Shown: piece by piece, positions 61,568-64,000 of the stretch | Numbering within the stretch: the stretch's first letter is position 1 | Layout: every line of letters begins with the position of its first letter | Assembly (NCBI GenBank): GCA_051362555.1 | Contig: CM120644.1 | Location: forward strand, 12,608,567 to 12,672,566 | Direction: 5' to 3' | Origin: Lingula anatina | Lineage: Eukaryota > Animalia > Brachiopoda | Length of the DNA: 64,000 bases | The notes under the pieces: generated by a model | What the model saw: only the letters and a program-made list of their open reading frames with translations | What the model was told of the DNA's origin: nothing | Database searches by the model: none | Program-made: the position numbers and the translations under genes

Positions 61568-63761
61568 ATGGCTACAAAAAATGACGACTTTATTACATTT
61601 ATGAGGGAAGTGAAGCAGTACATACAGTACGGGAGACCGAGAGACTTTTTGGAAGACCCTAAAGAATTAAGGGAAATAAGAGAAAGAGCACAGACTCGTG
61701 TTTTAGATGATGAAGGTAAGTAGTTTGGCATATCTGATTGGTTTTTAAAATGAGTCCAGATGTCTGGCAAAGAAATCATATTTTCCATCTAAGTCAATTC
61801 TGATTCATGATATGCTCCTACCTCACCCTTACATTGCATCATCATGTGTGGCACAATATCTAGATATCACTCTGGCTGGTAAACCATTATTATCCAAGAT
61901 ATATGGTTGAATGGCTTCTATCCCTTTGCAGGATTCTTTATATTTTGTAGTAAACAATGAATATACGTTCTAAATTCCATGAGTATTTGATGTACGGGAA
62001 TGCATATAAGTAACTTTTTTCTCTTCAGGAGACCTTTATTATGTTGGCAAAGGTGACAAATCAGGCATCAGACAAAGAGTTATTTAGGATGTAGAGGATA
62101 TGTCTGGTACAAGATGACACAGGATGTAACAGAATATGTAAGTATGTCTGAGCAAAACAGGTACACTTTGTTTTAAGCTCTTCTATATAAAGATCTTCAG
62201 GTACATTTCTTAATATGTATGTATTATCAGATACTATTCTGATCAGAATAAGCCATATTAACTTATTGTACTTAATACACATGGAAATTCAAACATTAGC
62301 TTTTTGCTTTAAAGAGTTTTCTTATATTTTTACTCCCTGATGATGGTGACTGACAGTCACAGAAATATTGGAGGTAATACCAACATATTTTATAAGCTCT
62401 TGATAAAAATAATAACAATAATTTAAATTTATACGTACAGAGATAATGAAACTGTTCTCTCATTTTCTTATTATGTTCACTCCAAAGACAGTGTGTTTGT
62501 AAACTATTCAGATAGTGCCCATGTAGCATCAGTGACTAATTTGTAGTAGTTTAGGAGTTTTCAGTGTACTTGTAGTTTTATTATTTTTGCAAAATAATAG
62601 GAAGGATCACAATTGATATACATCAGAAAAATTTATCTTTCTGCTGCAGATTGAAGCGTGTGATGCATGCCAAAGACAAAGTAAGATAAAGACTTGGAGC
62701 CCAGAGCTTAATCCCATATCAGTCAGTGAGCCTCTGGAATTAATTGGGATGGATCTCATAGGTATAGTATCTATTGCTTTGAAGGTAGCAGAAATTTGTT
62801 TTCTCTCTCAGAAAGGAATATACCGTATTAGGGTTAGGGATTTCAAGGGATCATTCAAGTTTTCAGTCAGTGTTTATTCAATGCATTGATCTTCACCAGT
62901 GTGCTACCTAGAGTAAATTGATTAAATGTATCAATAATCAATATGTATGTCATGTAATTCAAAGGTTTATTAGAGCATCTGCACAAATGTTGGTAACATT
63001 CAAACTTTAAATTGTTGCCTCTGGTTACCTCCACAATATGAAGCTGTTCATAATGTTTCAAAGTGGTTTAATAGCATTTGTACTTGAACCTTAGTCGTAC
63101 AAGTACAGGTGCTTATTTTGTAATATACTTCTCTTATGTATAGACATGGCATCACTCACAAAACACAGATTGAAAATGTCTCTTCTTGTATAGCATAAGA
63201 GATAAAATTAAACAAACCTTTCCTTTACATTTTATTGTAGATGACTAGTTTGATTTTTCTATTACCTATTTAGTCTGTACATTTGGTAGCTTGTCTTGTA
63301 GCATTTACCAAGTTATCAGAATATAAATTTTTTTTTTAATGTATCCCTCGAAATAGTAGCTTTATTTACTTAATTACTTGTTAAATTAACAGAAACTACA
63401 AGCTTTGAAAAAGCTTTTTCAGGTATAAAGGAATTTTTAACTGTCTTACACTTTTTTCACTCTTATTTACAGAATACAGAAGCTATCCTTAAAGGAGCTG
63501 GACTGAACAGTATCGACAACGCACACTGCAAGTGGTTTAGGGAATATGTTAGACAGAAAATTAGAAAGAGTGGAAGAAAGTCAGAGGATGAAGCATGCGA
63601 CATAGCATTCTGCCAAAATAAAGGATACCATCGATGGATACAGTGCAGCACTTGCCAAAGTTGGCTACATACCATTTGTGCTAAAGTCAAATGTTCGAAA
63701 AAAAAAAACACTTCGTAAAACCCAGTTTACATGCCCAATTTGCATTTCTGTACAAGGTTAG
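61568..63761 (+). pseudogene. Degenerate intron-containing Gypsy-integrase-like (Ginger1/GIN-type) transposase gene with a C-terminal PHD finger
   Basis: Exon 61567-61715 (MATKNDDF...VKQYIQYGRP...ELREIRERAQTRVLDDE); exon 62029-62137 (GDLYYVG...RVI*, then shifted RGYVWYKMTQDVTEY); exon 62650-62761 (IEACDACQR...PELNPISVSEPLELIGMDLIG, the integrase CxxC and first catalytic Asp); exon 63473-63761 (CDIAFC..WIQCSTCQSWLHTIC..FTCPIC, frameshifted in an A-run). TIRs were not identified. Confidence 0.8.
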
Positions 63762-64000
63762 CTGAAAATTGCACCTGTATTACTGGTTTAAAGTTTTCTC
63801 AACCCATAACATAATGCAATTTACATATATTTATATGATAGTACTGAAATCTGATAAAGTTTTTAAAATAGTTTTCGATGCAAACTGAGACTGAAATAAA
63901 AACTTAAAATTTTATTAGAACATTTGATTTAGTGCATGCTACTAAAGTGTATTGATTTAATGAAAAAAATTGATAATCATCCATTTGCAGGGATCCCAGG

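Overview
This is AT-rich, intron-rich animal genomic DNA. The repeat families suggest a marine invertebrate, possibly a lophotrochozoan (inference). Three spliced host genes were reconstructed by hand: a DNAJB6/DNAJB2-type Hsp40 (minus strand, runs off the window start), the RNA 5'-kinase CLP1 (plus strand, 12 coding exons, 424 aa) and MAP3K20/ZAK-alpha (minus strand, 17 coding exons, about 1062 aa). DNAJB6 and CLP1 appear to be head-to-head. Mobile elements include a Harbinger with an intact DDE transposase but a broken Myb/SANT partner, two ~4 kb satellite-bearing Helentron/HINE-like elements in inverted orientation, Kolobok-, PIF-, hAT- and Tc1-type non-autonomous elements, and a degenerate intron-containing Ginger-type integrase/PHD gene. 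The main highlights are (1) a U12-type AT-AC intron in CLP1 that is ~90% transposon, with the insertion ending just upstream of the branch point, (2) two tandem arrays in ZAK built from the gene's own splice junctions (7 donors; 4 acceptors) where every extra site leads into an in-frame stop, and (3) conserved ribosome-sensing motifs plus an RGG tail in this invertebrate ZAK. All coordinates were read manually, and no database search was run.
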